From a virus (Duplodnaviria > Caudoviricetes): DNA of 64,000 nucleotides. Below, one piece after another: positions 54,148-63,663 of this stretch; positions within the stretch are counted from its first letter, which is position 1; each line of letters starts with the position of its first letter. The notes beneath the pieces were generated by a model, which was not told the DNA's origin, did not search any database, and saw only the letters and a program-made list of their open reading frames with translations. The stretch is taken from positions 7,511-71,510 of IMG/VR virus record IMGVR_UViG_3300031519_000018. One strand, given 5' to 3'. Made by a program: the position numbers and the translations under genes.

Positions 54148-54238
54148 TATGAAAACACCAATTCCAAAATTAGACAAACAATGGTGGTATAACACACAAT
54201 ATAATAAAAAAACAACTAAATAAATTCAAATAATATGA
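54122..54238. repeat. 31-bp direct repeat (54122-54152, 54208-54238) flanking a 24-codon micro-ORF
   Basis: AAAAACAACTAAATAAATTCAAATAATATGA twice, exact. Confidence 0.85.
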
Positions 54239-55080
54239 TAAAACCAATGCTCGCATACAAAGTAGACAAAAAACCTGTCGACTGGTCCGAGAATGTATAC
54301 ATGCAACCTAAGCTTGACGGTGTTAGGTGTGTAATTAAACTCGGCGATAACAACGAAGTACAAGCTTTTTCACGTACAGGTAAACCGTGGCTTAACATAG
54401 CTCACATTACTAATTCTTTGCACTACTTTTTTACACAAAACCCTGATATTATACTTGACGGTGAGTTGTATAATCATGATCTAAGAGACGATTTCAACAA
54501 GATCATATCATTAGTCAGAAAAACTAAACCAACGCCATCTGACAGAGATGAGGCATCTAAATTAGTACAATTTCATTGCTATGACTACATAGAAACTATA
54601 CTAAACGAAAACTACAGCTACAGAATGGATCAGCTTAATACAAGCGATATGTATTCTTATTGTGTTAAACATGTATACACTACACGTGTAACTCAAGATC
54701 AAGCTAATATACAGCATCAAGCTAACCTAGATGAAGGTTACGAAGGTTCTATCTTACGTCTTGATAAGCCTTATCAGTGCAAACGTTCTTATAACTTGCA
54801 AAAGTTCAAAGACTTTCATGACACAGAAGCTTTTATTGTAGGTTACGAGACAGGTAAAGGCAAGAGGACTGGTACGCTTGGCAAATTTATAATGCTAGAT
54901 GACGAAGGTATAGAGTTCGGTTGTCCACCGGGCAAAGGCTACAACTACAAGGATTTAGCTAATATACTAGACAATATAGGCGACTATATAGGTAAGCGTG
55001 CTACCTTTACTTACTTCGAACGTACACCAGCAGGTAGTTATAGACACCCAATGTTTAAAACCCTACGTAACTATGAGTAA
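54235..55080 (+). CDS. ATP-dependent DNA ligase
   Basis: QPKLDGVRC (motif I), LDGELY, EGYEGSILR, RHP. Confidence 0.9.
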   Translation: MIKPMLAYKVDKKPVDWSENVYMQPKLDGVRCVIKLGDNNEVQAFSRTGKPWLNIAHITNSLHYFFTQNPDIILDGELYNHDLRDDFNKIISLVRKTKPTPSDRDEASKLVQFHCYDYIETILNENYSYRMDQLNTSDMYSYCVKHVYTTRVTQDQANIQHQANLDEGYEGSILRLDKPYQCKRSYNLQKFKDFHDTEAFIVGYETGKGKRTGTLGKFIMLDDEGIEFGCPPGKGYNYKDLANILDNIGDYIGKRATFTYFERTPAGSYRHPMFKTLRNYE

Positions 55081-55151
55081 ACTAATATGGAAACTATACA
55101 ACGAAAACATGATCAGCGAAGAAGTAGCGATGATATTATTAGACAAACACT

Positions 55152-55319
55152 ATGAATAAAATAGAACCAACTAAAATTACTTTAAAATATTATAATAAAA
55201 AAATATCCACTGAAGTAGACCATTCAGATGTAACTTTAGAAGAGCTACATGATATGTGGTTAGAAATAGTAAGAGCAATGGGATATCACGAAAACACTAT
55301 AAAAGAATTTTACGAATAA
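55152..55319 (+). CDS. Small hypothetical protein (55 aa)
   Basis: Hand translation MNKIEPTKITLKY...; coupled to next gene. Confidence 0.55.
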   Translation: MNKIEPTKITLKYYNKKISTEVDHSDVTLEELHDMWLEIVRAMGYHENTIKEFYE

Positions 55320-55837
55320 TGAACATATTTTATTTAGACTCTGACCCTGTGAAGGCTGCGCAGGCACAATACAATAAGCATGTGGTTAAAATGATCTTAG
55401 AATCAGCCCAAATGCTTTGTACCGCGCATCATCATTATGATAACGGACACAACGTGCCTTACAAAAAAGCTCATTACAATCACCCATCAACTATATGGTG
55501 TAGACAAAACAGTAGACAGTACTATTGGTTGTTTCATCATATGTTAGCTTTAGGTGATGAGTATACTAAACGTTATAACAAAACACATTTAAGTATAACT
55601 AAATGCTTTGACGTGTTAAAAGATTGTCCTGTAGGTATGCCACTAGGTGGTGAGTTTAACGAACCTCCACAGTGTATGCCAGAGCAGTACAAGGTACCAG
55701 GTTGTAGTGTTACAGCTTATTGGAATTACTACGAGCGTGAGAAACACACTGTAGCTAACAAAAACGAAGAATTAAAATTTAGACCAGATGAATATATTAA
55801 CATACATTTTAGTAACAGCAACTATATACCATGCTGA
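55319..55837 (+). CDS. Pyrimidine-dimer DNA glycosylase (DenV/endonuclease V-like); start re-called at MNIFYLD
   Basis: MNIF.LD.DP...A....KHVVKMILESAQML, HYNHPST.W motifs. Confidence 0.75.
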   Translation: MNIFYLDSDPVKAAQAQYNKHVVKMILESAQMLCTAHHHYDNGHNVPYKKAHYNHPSTIWCRQNSRQYYWLFHHMLALGDEYTKRYNKTHLSITKCFDVLKDCPVGMPLGGEFNEPPQCMPEQYKVPGCSVTAYWNYYEREKHTVANKNEELKFRPDEYINIHFSNSNYIPC

Positions 55838-56123
55838 TCCACGTCAAACAGACAGTACACCATTTATAACAGCATCAGGCGCACATATTGAAGAGTGTTG
55901 TCCTGGTGATCATAGATGGATAGCTGTTAGCAGAGACTTAGAAAACATAGGTTTTATATTCGGCGCACAAGTATTAGTAGAAGGCGCTGGAGAAATGGAT
56001 GGAGTATGGACAGTACAAGATAGAATGAATAAACGATGGACAAACAGAATAGATTTCTTAGTCGACACAGACGTAAGAGGTGGAAGATGGGACTCTGTAA
56101 AAATAGAACTAATTTATGAGTAG
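55788..56123 (+). CDS. 3D (Asp-Asp-Asp) domain protein, putative peptidoglycan-active
   Basis: TATIYHA..QTD.TP.ITASG, IAVSRD, VQDRMN..W..RIDFL. Confidence 0.7.
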   Translation: MNILTYILVTATIYHADPRQTDSTPFITASGAHIEECCPGDHRWIAVSRDLENIGFIFGAQVLVEGAGEMDGVWTVQDRMNKRWTNRIDFLVDTDVRGGRWDSVKIELIYE

Positions 56124-56203
56124 AAGAAAACAATACCAGCATTTAATGTTTACCGATTTATTCGGTATAAGAACTAAAATTAAAAATTTTATTAAACCAA
56201 GGC

Positions 56204-56246
56204 TGACAAAAGCCCCTAAGAGTACTAAAGTAAGACCCTAATGTCA
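56204..56246. promoter_or_regulatory. 43-bp TGACA-N33-TGTCA element, copy 2, overlapping the ATG of the HTH gene
   Basis: 28/43 ungapped identity with the reverse complement of 47712..47754. Confidence 0.55.
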
Positions 56247-56864
56247 CATAATAGAAACATGAAATGGTTAAATGATCGTAGAGTAAGGTATCGACAAGAT
56301 CCTATAAACGACAAACCAACTGAAGAAACCGCTTTGTACAGCTACCATGAGAATGGTACATACGAATGTTATCACTTGTTTCGTAGCAAAGCAAAGATTA
56401 CAACATATAGATCTTTGAAGTGGCATTTTTTAGTTTTATATTATTTAAATCAAGAGCACGGTTTACTACCATCTCACGTGTACGAGTTTATAGCTGACAA
56501 ACAGAATGGTTTTGTTACCTTTTTTATCAGTGACAAAAAGCTACAAGAAATGATAGACGATGTCTTTAATACTGGTGGCGAACCACCAATAAACAAGATA
56601 CGCAAAGTAATATTTAAAGACTATAGCGGGTTAACACCTAGCGAGAAGATGAGTATCGTAGGTAAACTAGTAGGTAGATCAAGCAGGGTAGACGAAGAGG
56701 CTATTTATCAATGCATGTTAGATTTAAACCATGATGGTAAGAATATAACGTGGTCAAGGATAGCCGGTCTACTTGATTGCTCTACAAGAACAATTCAACG
56801 TAAACTAACACAACAGTTAAAAGACGAAAAACAAACACTAAATATGGAAGATGAAAAAATATAA
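56241..56864 (+). CDS. DNA-binding protein with C-terminal HTH (replication initiator/regulator-like)
   Basis: ITWSRIAGLLDCSTRTIQRKL HTH. Confidence 0.6.
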   Translation: MSHNRNMKWLNDRRVRYRQDPINDKPTEETALYSYHENGTYECYHLFRSKAKITTYRSLKWHFLVLYYLNQEHGLLPSHVYEFIADKQNGFVTFFISDKKLQEMIDDVFNTGGEPPINKIRKVIFKDYSGLTPSEKMSIVGKLVGRSSRVDEEAIYQCMLDLNHDGKNITWSRIAGLLDCSTRTIQRKLTQQLKDEKQTLNMEDEKI

Positions 56865-57600
56865 TATAAAAAACTATATAAGATATAAGGAGGACTTAAA
56901 AAAGTCTATGCCTATTGACAAAGCTTTTGAAGACTATACAAGAGATGAGCTTATAATTAAGTTCTTACCTCTTGTAGAAAGTTTATCACGTAAGTTTGCA
57001 ACATCTCAACAAGCTTCAGGTGTTCTAAGTATTAATGATCTTCTGCAAGAAGGATCTATAGGTTTAACCTTAGCTGTTGATAAGATAATATGGGAAACAA
57101 TACTAGAATCTGACGACAAAGAAAAAACTATTAAATCTTTTCTATCTAAAAGAATCAAAGGCCAGATAAGAAGAGCTATAGACATGAAGCGTGGTGATAT
57201 AAGAATACCTGAGCACAAGTTAAATGAAATACGTAACAACCCAGAAGATGACAAGATGGTCGCTATGTTTTTTAATTCTATATTTTCTAGCATAGATGAA
57301 AAACCTATGAACGAAGACAACTTTGTATATAACATAGAAGACAACTCACCCTCGTATAATATAGGCTTAATGAACGCTTACTTGATGGGATTAATAAAAC
57401 AACATTTAACCTTTGAGCAAGGTGAGGTTGTAAGACTAAGCTATGGTTTAGACTGTGACAAGCACTCAGCTATACAAATAGCCAAAAAACTAAACATGCA
57501 AGTAAATACAGCTATAGTTAGAGTTTCACAAATAAAAAGAGACGGAATAAAAACTTTAATATCTAATACAGACCGCTCGCAAGTGATTGACTATCTGTAG
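56851..57600 (+). CDS. Sigma70-family RNA polymerase sigma factor
   Basis: Region 2 (FLPLVESLSRKF, DLLQEGSIGL, RIKGQIRRAI), IRIP, region 4 HTH. Confidence 0.85.
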   Translation: MKKYNIKNYIRYKEDLKKSMPIDKAFEDYTRDELIIKFLPLVESLSRKFATSQQASGVLSINDLLQEGSIGLTLAVDKIIWETILESDDKEKTIKSFLSKRIKGQIRRAIDMKRGDIRIPEHKLNEIRNNPEDDKMVAMFFNSIFSSIDEKPMNEDNFVYNIEDNSPSYNIGLMNAYLMGLIKQHLTFEQGEVVRLSYGLDCDKHSAIQIAKKLNMQVNTAIVRVSQIKRDGIKTLISNTDRSQVIDYL

Positions 57601-57673
57601 TTTAAGTAAAAAATAAAATTTAATTAATAATGTTTATGTGTGATTATATATATAGACCAATAAATAAAACCTT

Positions 57674-58234
57674 ATGACCATAAATGAAAAACTGGCTACA
57701 ATCCAGACAAAGTTTAAATCTAAAAAATCAAGATTTAATTCCTTCGGCAAGTACAACTTCAGATCAGCCGAAGACATCCTAGAAGCAACAAAACCCTTTC
57801 TCTTAGAGTTAGGAGTATCAGTTACAATTAACGAACAACTTAATCTAACATTTGCAACAATGCCTATTATGGAATCTACTGCAACAGTTAGTGACGGCAA
57901 GAATGCTATACATGCTACCGCTATAGTTGGCGTTGACTTAAATCAAAAAGGTATGAATGTACCTCAACAATTTGGCTCAGCGTCTTCGTATGCAAAAAAA
58001 TACGCATTAGGTAACTTGTTTTTAATAGACGATACAGCTGACAGCGATGCAACAAATGATCATGGCAAGAAGAAATTCACGCCAGCAACAACAACAAAAC
58101 CAACTTTAACCTCAACGAAAGATCCAGCTTATGAAAAAGCGGTTAAATACGTAACAGCAGGTGGTAAAGTAGCGGCTATAAAAGCCAAGTATGCTATCTC
58201 TCAAGAAATAGAAGCGGCATTAACAACACTATAA
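57674..58234 (+). CDS. erf: ERF-family ssDNA annealing protein
   Basis: KYNFRSAEDI, QQFGSASSYAKKYAL, DSD motifs. Confidence 0.85.
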   Translation: MTINEKLATIQTKFKSKKSRFNSFGKYNFRSAEDILEATKPFLLELGVSVTINEQLNLTFATMPIMESTATVSDGKNAIHATAIVGVDLNQKGMNVPQQFGSASSYAKKYALGNLFLIDDTADSDATNDHGKKKFTPATTTKPTLTSTKDPAYEKAVKYVTAGGKVAAIKAKYAISQEIEAALTTL

Positions 58235-58235
58235 T

Positions 58236-58967
58236 ATGAAAAAGCAAGAGGTATTAAAAGCGCTAGAAGATGACACTAACTACTACGGAGACTTTGGTAA
58301 AAAGTATCTAAGTAATTCAGACATTTCTACGCTATTAACAAACCCTTTAGCTTTAGGGCAGAAGATGGCTAACAGGCCAGCTTTTTTAGTAGGTGGATAC
58401 TTTCATACAGCAATTCTTGAACCTGAAAAGCTTAAGAATTTTAAGATCGTAGAAGCAACAACTAGAAACACTAAAGCGTATAAGGAGATCTCAGGCGGTG
58501 AAATGTGTTTATTAAAACACGAAGTCGATCAAATAGAGTTAATGACAGAAAAGATGCTAAGCAACGAAGTATGTAGAGACTTAATAAGATCAGGCAACGT
58601 TGAATACGAACAGCCAGAGATTACAGAGCTTGAAGGACAAATGTGGAAAGGTAAAGCTGATATTGTAAACCACGATGAAAAACTGATTATCGATTTAAAG
58701 ACGACAGCAGACATCACAAAGTTTAAATACTCAGCATCTAAGTACAACTACGACAGTCAAGCTTATATTTATAGTAAACTATTTGGGTACGATATGTTAT
58801 TTATTGCAATAGATAAAAACACTCATCAAATAGGTATCTTTGATTGCTCTCCAGAGTTTTATGCTCGTGGCAAAGATAAAGTAGAAAGAGCAGTACAGGC
58901 TTATGAATTATTTTATAAGTCTGAGGACTTTGATCCTAAACAATATTTTTTAACTAAAACCCTTTAA
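58236..58967 (+). CDS. PD-(D/E)XK exonuclease (RecE/exonuclease VIII-like)
   Basis: KGKADI...IIDLKTT, YDSQAYIY. Confidence 0.8.
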   Translation: MKKQEVLKALEDDTNYYGDFGKKYLSNSDISTLLTNPLALGQKMANRPAFLVGGYFHTAILEPEKLKNFKIVEATTRNTKAYKEISGGEMCLLKHEVDQIELMTEKMLSNEVCRDLIRSGNVEYEQPEITELEGQMWKGKADIVNHDEKLIIDLKTTADITKFKYSASKYNYDSQAYIYSKLFGYDMLFIAIDKNTHQIGIFDCSPEFYARGKDKVERAVQAYELFYKSEDFDPKQYFLTKTL

Positions 58968-58969
58968 CA

Positions 58970-59149
58970 ATGGCAAAAACCAGAAAAAACCAAACAAAAA
59001 TCTGTAGTGTAACAGGACTAGAAACTAGTACAGACAATTTTTATAACAATCAAACGCATGTAAAAGCGGTTGATAATATGAGAAGAAACACAAACGCTAC
59101 TAAGGATCAAATGCAAAGAATGTTTAACCAAATAAATAATTACGTATAA
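58970..59149 (+). CDS. Small hypothetical protein (59 aa)
   Basis: Hand translation MAKTRKNQTKICSVTG...; coupled to ssb. Confidence 0.6.
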   Translation: MAKTRKNQTKICSVTGLETSTDNFYNNQTHVKAVDNMRRNTNATKDQMQRMFNQINNYV

Positions 59150-59460
59150 TGGCAAGTATAATTAAAGCTAGTATAAACCTTAATGAAATACCTAAAGACA
59201 AGATCTATGTAGGTAAAAAAGGTAAGTACTTACCAATCACAATAACCTTAAATGATGAAGTCGATCAGTTCGGTAATCAAGGTCCAGTGGTTGTAGAACA
59301 ATCTAAGGAGGAAAGGGAAGCTAAAGTACCAAAGACCTACTTAGGAAATGTAAAAGTGGTTTGGACCAACGGAGATAACGTTGCTACAGCACCAAGAGAA
59401 GATCAACCTCAACAAACAGCGCCGGCTGTACAACCGGTAGACTATGATTTACCATTTTAA
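59149..59460 (+). CDS. ssb: Single-stranded DNA-binding protein
   Basis: OB-like core, C-terminal DYDLPF tail. Confidence 0.7.
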   Translation: MASIIKASINLNEIPKDKIYVGKKGKYLPITITLNDEVDQFGNQGPVVVEQSKEEREAKVPKTYLGNVKVVWTNGDNVATAPREDQPQQTAPAVQPVDYDLPF

Positions 59461-59470
59461 ATTAAATTAA

Positions 59471-61195
59471 ATGCAGACAACAGAGATCAATGGATTTTTG
59501 ATTGATGAATTCAATCAACATAAGCTTGAAGAAGGTAAGAAACAGGGGATTTGTCCCCTGTGCTCTTCTGATAGAAAACCTAAGAATACTAAAGCAAAGT
59601 GTGCTTCGTATGATTGGGAACGTGGTCTTGGTACTTGTCACAATTGTAATACATCATTTCAATTACATACGTATCAACGTAAAGGAGCTAGTGAAAAAGT
59701 ATATGTAAGACCAGTTGGTCCACCAAGCGATACTGAATATCCTGAATTTGTTAGCGATAAAGTAATTGAATGGTTTAAAACAAGAGGTATAGGAACTCAG
59801 ACTCTTACTGACCTAGAGGTTGGTGAGGGTCCTGAGTGGATGCCTCAGACCGGTAAAACCGAGAACGTTATAAAGTTTAATTACTTCATGGGCGATCAAC
59901 TTATTAATATTAAGTATCGTGATGGACGAAAAAACTTTAAATTATATAAGGGTGCTGAAAAAGTATTCTATAATATAAACAGTATAGTTGGTTATGAGTA
60001 TTGTGTCATAACAGAAGGTGAAATGGATGTGTTAGCTTTACACGAAGCTGGTATACCAAATGTTGTATCAGTTCCTAATGGAGCTACATTAAATTCTAAC
60101 AACCTTGATTATCTTGATAATTGTATAGATTATTTTGAAGATAAAGAAAAAGTAATATTAGCAGTTGATTCAGATGAAGCAGGTCAAGCATTACAATCAG
60201 AATTAGTCCGTAGGCTTGGAGCTGAAGTTTGTTACCTAGCGTCGTTTGATGATTGTAAAGATGCTAATGAATATTTACAAAAGTATGGAAAAGAAAAATT
60301 ATCAGAGCGTATTTCAGGAGCAAGACCAGTACCGCTTGAGAATGTTACAACGTTCAGGGATATTGAAGATGAAGTCACGGACTTTGTTCGCAATGGCTTT
60401 AAAAAAGGATTTCAAGTTGGGTTGTCTAATTTTGATGAAATCTTTTCAACATACACTGGTCAATTCATTACTGTTACTGGTATTCCTAGTTCCGGTAAAA
60501 GCGATTTCGTCGATCAAATGGTTGTCGGATATAATCGTAACTACGGATGGAAAACAGCGTTTGCTTCGCCAGAAAATCAACCAACTTATCTTCACGCTCA
60601 TAAATTAATGCGTAAAACCTGGGAAGGTATGCCAAGAGCTGAGGATATACACGGAGACAAATGGAATCAAGTAGCAGATCATTGTAATAGTAACTATTTT
60701 CATATTGATATGGAGCGTTATACTCTTGAGTCAGTACTTAGAAAAGGTGCTGAGCTAGTTAAACGTAAAGGTATTAAATGTCTAGTCATAGATCCTTTTA
60801 ACAAGGTTAGAGACGTAGACTGTAAGACCGAAGACGTTAACAGGTATACAATGGAGTATCTAACAAAGATTGAAGTCTTTGCTAAAAAGTTTGATGTGTT
60901 AGTATTTGTGGTTGCTCACCCAACTAAAATGTATAAAGACAAAGATGGTAAAATGGAAGAACCAACTATGTATAATATTAAAGGTGGTGGTGAATGGTAT
61001 GATGCTAGTTATCACGGTATACTAGTTCATAGAGATTATGAAGCTAAAACAGTTAAGGCTAAAGTCTTAAAAGTTAAGTTCCAAAATCTTGGTGAGAATG
61101 GCGCTGAAGCTCATTTTAAATGGGAACCAAAGTCAGGTTGTTTTATACCTCACGAGCCTATAGCTATAAACAACGAGGCAATGCCTTGGGAATAG
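59471..61195 (+). CDS. Primase-helicase (T7 gp4/Twinkle-like)
   Basis: Zn finger CPLC...CHNC, TOPRIM TEGEMD / DSD, Walker A TGIPSSGKS, VIDP, VAHP. Confidence 0.92.
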   Translation: MQTTEINGFLIDEFNQHKLEEGKKQGICPLCSSDRKPKNTKAKCASYDWERGLGTCHNCNTSFQLHTYQRKGASEKVYVRPVGPPSDTEYPEFVSDKVIEWFKTRGIGTQTLTDLEVGEGPEWMPQTGKTENVIKFNYFMGDQLINIKYRDGRKNFKLYKGAEKVFYNINSIVGYEYCVITEGEMDVLALHEAGIPNVVSVPNGATLNSNNLDYLDNCIDYFEDKEKVILAVDSDEAGQALQSELVRRLGAEVCYLASFDDCKDANEYLQKYGKEKLSERISGARPVPLENVTTFRDIEDEVTDFVRNGFKKGFQVGLSNFDEIFSTYTGQFITVTGIPSSGKSDFVDQMVVGYNRNYGWKTAFASPENQPTYLHAHKLMRKTWEGMPRAEDIHGDKWNQVADHCNSNYFHIDMERYTLESVLRKGAELVKRKGIKCLVIDPFNKVRDVDCKTEDVNRYTMEYLTKIEVFAKKFDVLVFVVAHPTKMYKDKDGKMEEPTMYNIKGGGEWYDASYHGILVHRDYEAKTVKAKVLKVKFQNLGENGAEAHFKWEPKSGCFIPHEPIAINNEAMPWE

Positions 61196-61441
61196 ATGGC
61201 TTCAAAAAGTAAGATAAACATGGGTAAATATATGCCTACACAGAAGGACTTTGACGCGATGCAATGGTGTATAGCAAACAATATTAAAATATCACCAATG
61301 GCAAAAAGTACTTATGAGTGGTATATAGATATAGAAATAAACAATAAAAAAAATAGATCTCCCTACGTATATGTTAAAGACCAAATATGGCAAGAGATCT
61401 GGAAGTTTTATAAATACTATTACAAGAAATATGAGAAGTAA
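61196..61441 (+). CDS. Hypothetical protein
   Basis: ORF track. Confidence 0.6.
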   Translation: MASKSKINMGKYMPTQKDFDAMQWCIANNIKISPMAKSTYEWYIDIEINNKKNRSPYVYVKDQIWQEIWKFYKYYYKKYEK

Positions 61442-62072
61442 ATTTATAACAGCAAACGAAGCGTTTAATTGTATATTGCACGAACTAAGAGTTGAAGGTG
61501 TGGATTTTGATAACACTAAAGCTCTGTTTAATGTAGGCTTTACAATTGAAGATCCGCTAGACAATCATATTAAAAACAAATATAGAAAATGGAGTCATGA
61601 ATATGCTGAAGCTGAATGGCAGTGGTATTTATCAGGTGATCGTAACATAAAAAAGCTAGGAGAACTATATGGTAAGATACCGCCAATATGGGAAAAGATG
61701 GCCGATAGTAATGGAGACGTAAATAGTAACTACGGATATCAATGGCAGCGTAATAATCAAATTGATTACGTGATAGGCAAACTAAAAGATAACCCAAATA
61801 CTAGACACGCAGCTATAAGTATATACGATGCTAAAGAATTTGATAAGTACGCTAAGGATACTCCTTGTACTTACGCGGTTCAGTTTACAATTCTAAACAA
61901 TAAGCTTTGTATGTCTGTCTATATGCGTTCTAATGACATCTGGTACGGTTTCTGTAATGATCAGTATCAATTTTCATCATTACAAAAAATGATTGCAGAC
62001 AGACTGTCTATTGACGTCGGTTGGTATTACCATCACGCACACAACATGCATTTGTATAACGATAAACTTTAA
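61431..62072 (+). CDS. Thymidylate-synthase-superfamily enzyme, dCMP hydroxymethylase-like (start re-called at MRSKF)
   Basis: Catalytic PCT; MRSNDIWYGFCND with Asp at the Asn177 specificity position; INSNYG-like VNSNYG; HNMHLY. Confidence 0.75.
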   Translation: MRSKFITANEAFNCILHELRVEGVDFDNTKALFNVGFTIEDPLDNHIKNKYRKWSHEYAEAEWQWYLSGDRNIKKLGELYGKIPPIWEKMADSNGDVNSNYGYQWQRNNQIDYVIGKLKDNPNTRHAAISIYDAKEFDKYAKDTPCTYAVQFTILNNKLCMSVYMRSNDIWYGFCNDQYQFSSLQKMIADRLSIDVGWYYHHAHNMHLYNDKL

Positions 62073-62075
62073 AAT

Positions 62076-62852
62076 ATGTACTATTTATACCACATACCAG
62101 GTAAAAAAATCGGAGTAACACGTAATCTTAATAACAGAGTTACCCTTATACAAGGTTATAAGGAGGGAGAGTATGAGGTTCTTGAACAGTCAGACGATAT
62201 AGATTATATATCAGACCGTGAAATAGAACTTCAAAAGTCTTATGGCTATAAGGTTGATTTAAAAAAATATAAAAATCTAAAATTTAATAAAATGAAAATA
62301 AATGCAACAGAGCAAACATCAACATTTGACTGCCCAGTAAATAAATTAAAAGGCCGGCTAATGGACAACGTAGGTATGACATGGGAAACAACTCATGGTA
62401 AATTTGAGATATCAAACGACTATATACCTTGGATAATGGCAAATGTAAAAACATCTATGTTTAATGAAGGTAGATCTTACATTTATAACAAAGCTTTTTA
62501 TGAAGCATTTTTTAATCCTAAAGATAGTCCTGACAAATGTGTCAAATATAATTTAGATTGTGAGAGATTTGATCTTATAAGAGACTGGGCGGCTACTAGA
62601 GGTATATACGACAAAGGTAATACTCATACACAATACGTTAAGCTTATGGAGGAGGCTGGTGAACTAGCTGAGGCTCTATTAAAAGAAGATGACCACGAAA
62701 TATGGGATGCTATTGGCGATATGGTTGTAGTGCTTACTAATCTAGCTCATCAGACAGGTATGGACATAGAACAATGTATTGACAATGCTTACGGTGAGAT
62801 AAGTCAGAGAACAGGTAAAATGGTTAATGGAACATTTGTAAAAGATAAATAA
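62076..62852 (+). CDS. Fusion of GIY-YIG-like N-terminus and MazG-like NTP pyrophosphatase
   Basis: YYLYHIP.KKIGVT; KLMEEAGEL...DAIGD. Confidence 0.7.
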   Translation: MYYLYHIPGKKIGVTRNLNNRVTLIQGYKEGEYEVLEQSDDIDYISDREIELQKSYGYKVDLKKYKNLKFNKMKINATEQTSTFDCPVNKLKGRLMDNVGMTWETTHGKFEISNDYIPWIMANVKTSMFNEGRSYIYNKAFYEAFFNPKDSPDKCVKYNLDCERFDLIRDWAATRGIYDKGNTHTQYVKLMEEAGELAEALLKEDDHEIWDAIGDMVVVLTNLAHQTGMDIEQCIDNAYGEISQRTGKMVNGTFVKDK

Positions 62853-63115
62853 TGAAAATAAAAACAGAAGATAAAATAGTTCAACAAGTCTTAAGAAAGA
62901 TGGACGAACGTAGCTTAATAGGTCAGAAAAAGTACGGAGCAACTATGATGGAAGAGATTGAAGGTGAAGAAAAAGATCTTGATCGTTTCTTAGTTGATGT
63001 ACAAGAAGAACTAATGGATGCTTTGTTATACATAGAAGCAGCAAGACGCTGTTTAACCGACGAGGTTGAAGAGGTTATGTTTAATAGAGCAGAAGCTTAT
63101 GAAAAAAACATTTAA
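62852..63115 (+). CDS. All-alpha NTP pyrophosphatase-like protein
   Basis: RSLIGQKKYG...QEELMDALLY. Confidence 0.6.
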   Translation: MKIKTEDKIVQQVLRKMDERSLIGQKKYGATMMEEIEGEEKDLDRFLVDVQEELMDALLYIEAARRCLTDEVEEVMFNRAEAYEKNI

Positions 63116-63551
63116 AAGAAAAAAAGGTCCTGTACAGTCGAAGAAGATATCATATGATGGTATCAACTTCGCCTCTGGGCTTGAGCGTTATATGTATATG
63201 GCTTTGAGAAAAGCTAAAATAACGTCTTTATATGAAGGTCAAACTTTTGAATTGTCAGAAGCTTTTGAATTTCCTTTTGAATCATACGAAAGATGTGGTA
63301 ACGGTAAAGGAGAATACAAAAACAGAGGCAATAAAAAAATACTTAATATAAAATATACACCAGACTTTGTAGGTAAGGGTTTTATAATCGAAACTAAAGG
63401 TAGAGCTAACGAATCGTTTCCACTTAGATGGAAGCTATTTAAAAAGCTTATAACCGAAAGAAGGTTAGGACCACTTACGTTGTATAAACCTCAAAATCAT
63501 AAAGAATGCGACGAGACAGTAAGATTGATCCTAGCCAAGCTAAAAGAATAG
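63099..63551 (+). CDS. Endonuclease I-like Holliday junction resolvase (start re-called at MKKTF)
   Basis: FASGLE, YTPDF, IIETKG. Confidence 0.75.
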   Translation: MKKTFKRKKGPVQSKKISYDGINFASGLERYMYMALRKAKITSLYEGQTFELSEAFEFPFESYERCGNGKGEYKNRGNKKILNIKYTPDFVGKGFIIETKGRANESFPLRWKLFKKLITERRLGPLTLYKPQNHKECDETVRLILAKLKE

Positions 63552-63663
63552 CTAGACAAAAATACGGAGAAAGGCAGTTTGATAAATGGTGGAAATGGAA
63601 ATGGGAACAGTTTGGAAGAATAAGGTATAATGATTTAATTAAACAATGCAAAGAATATAAAAT

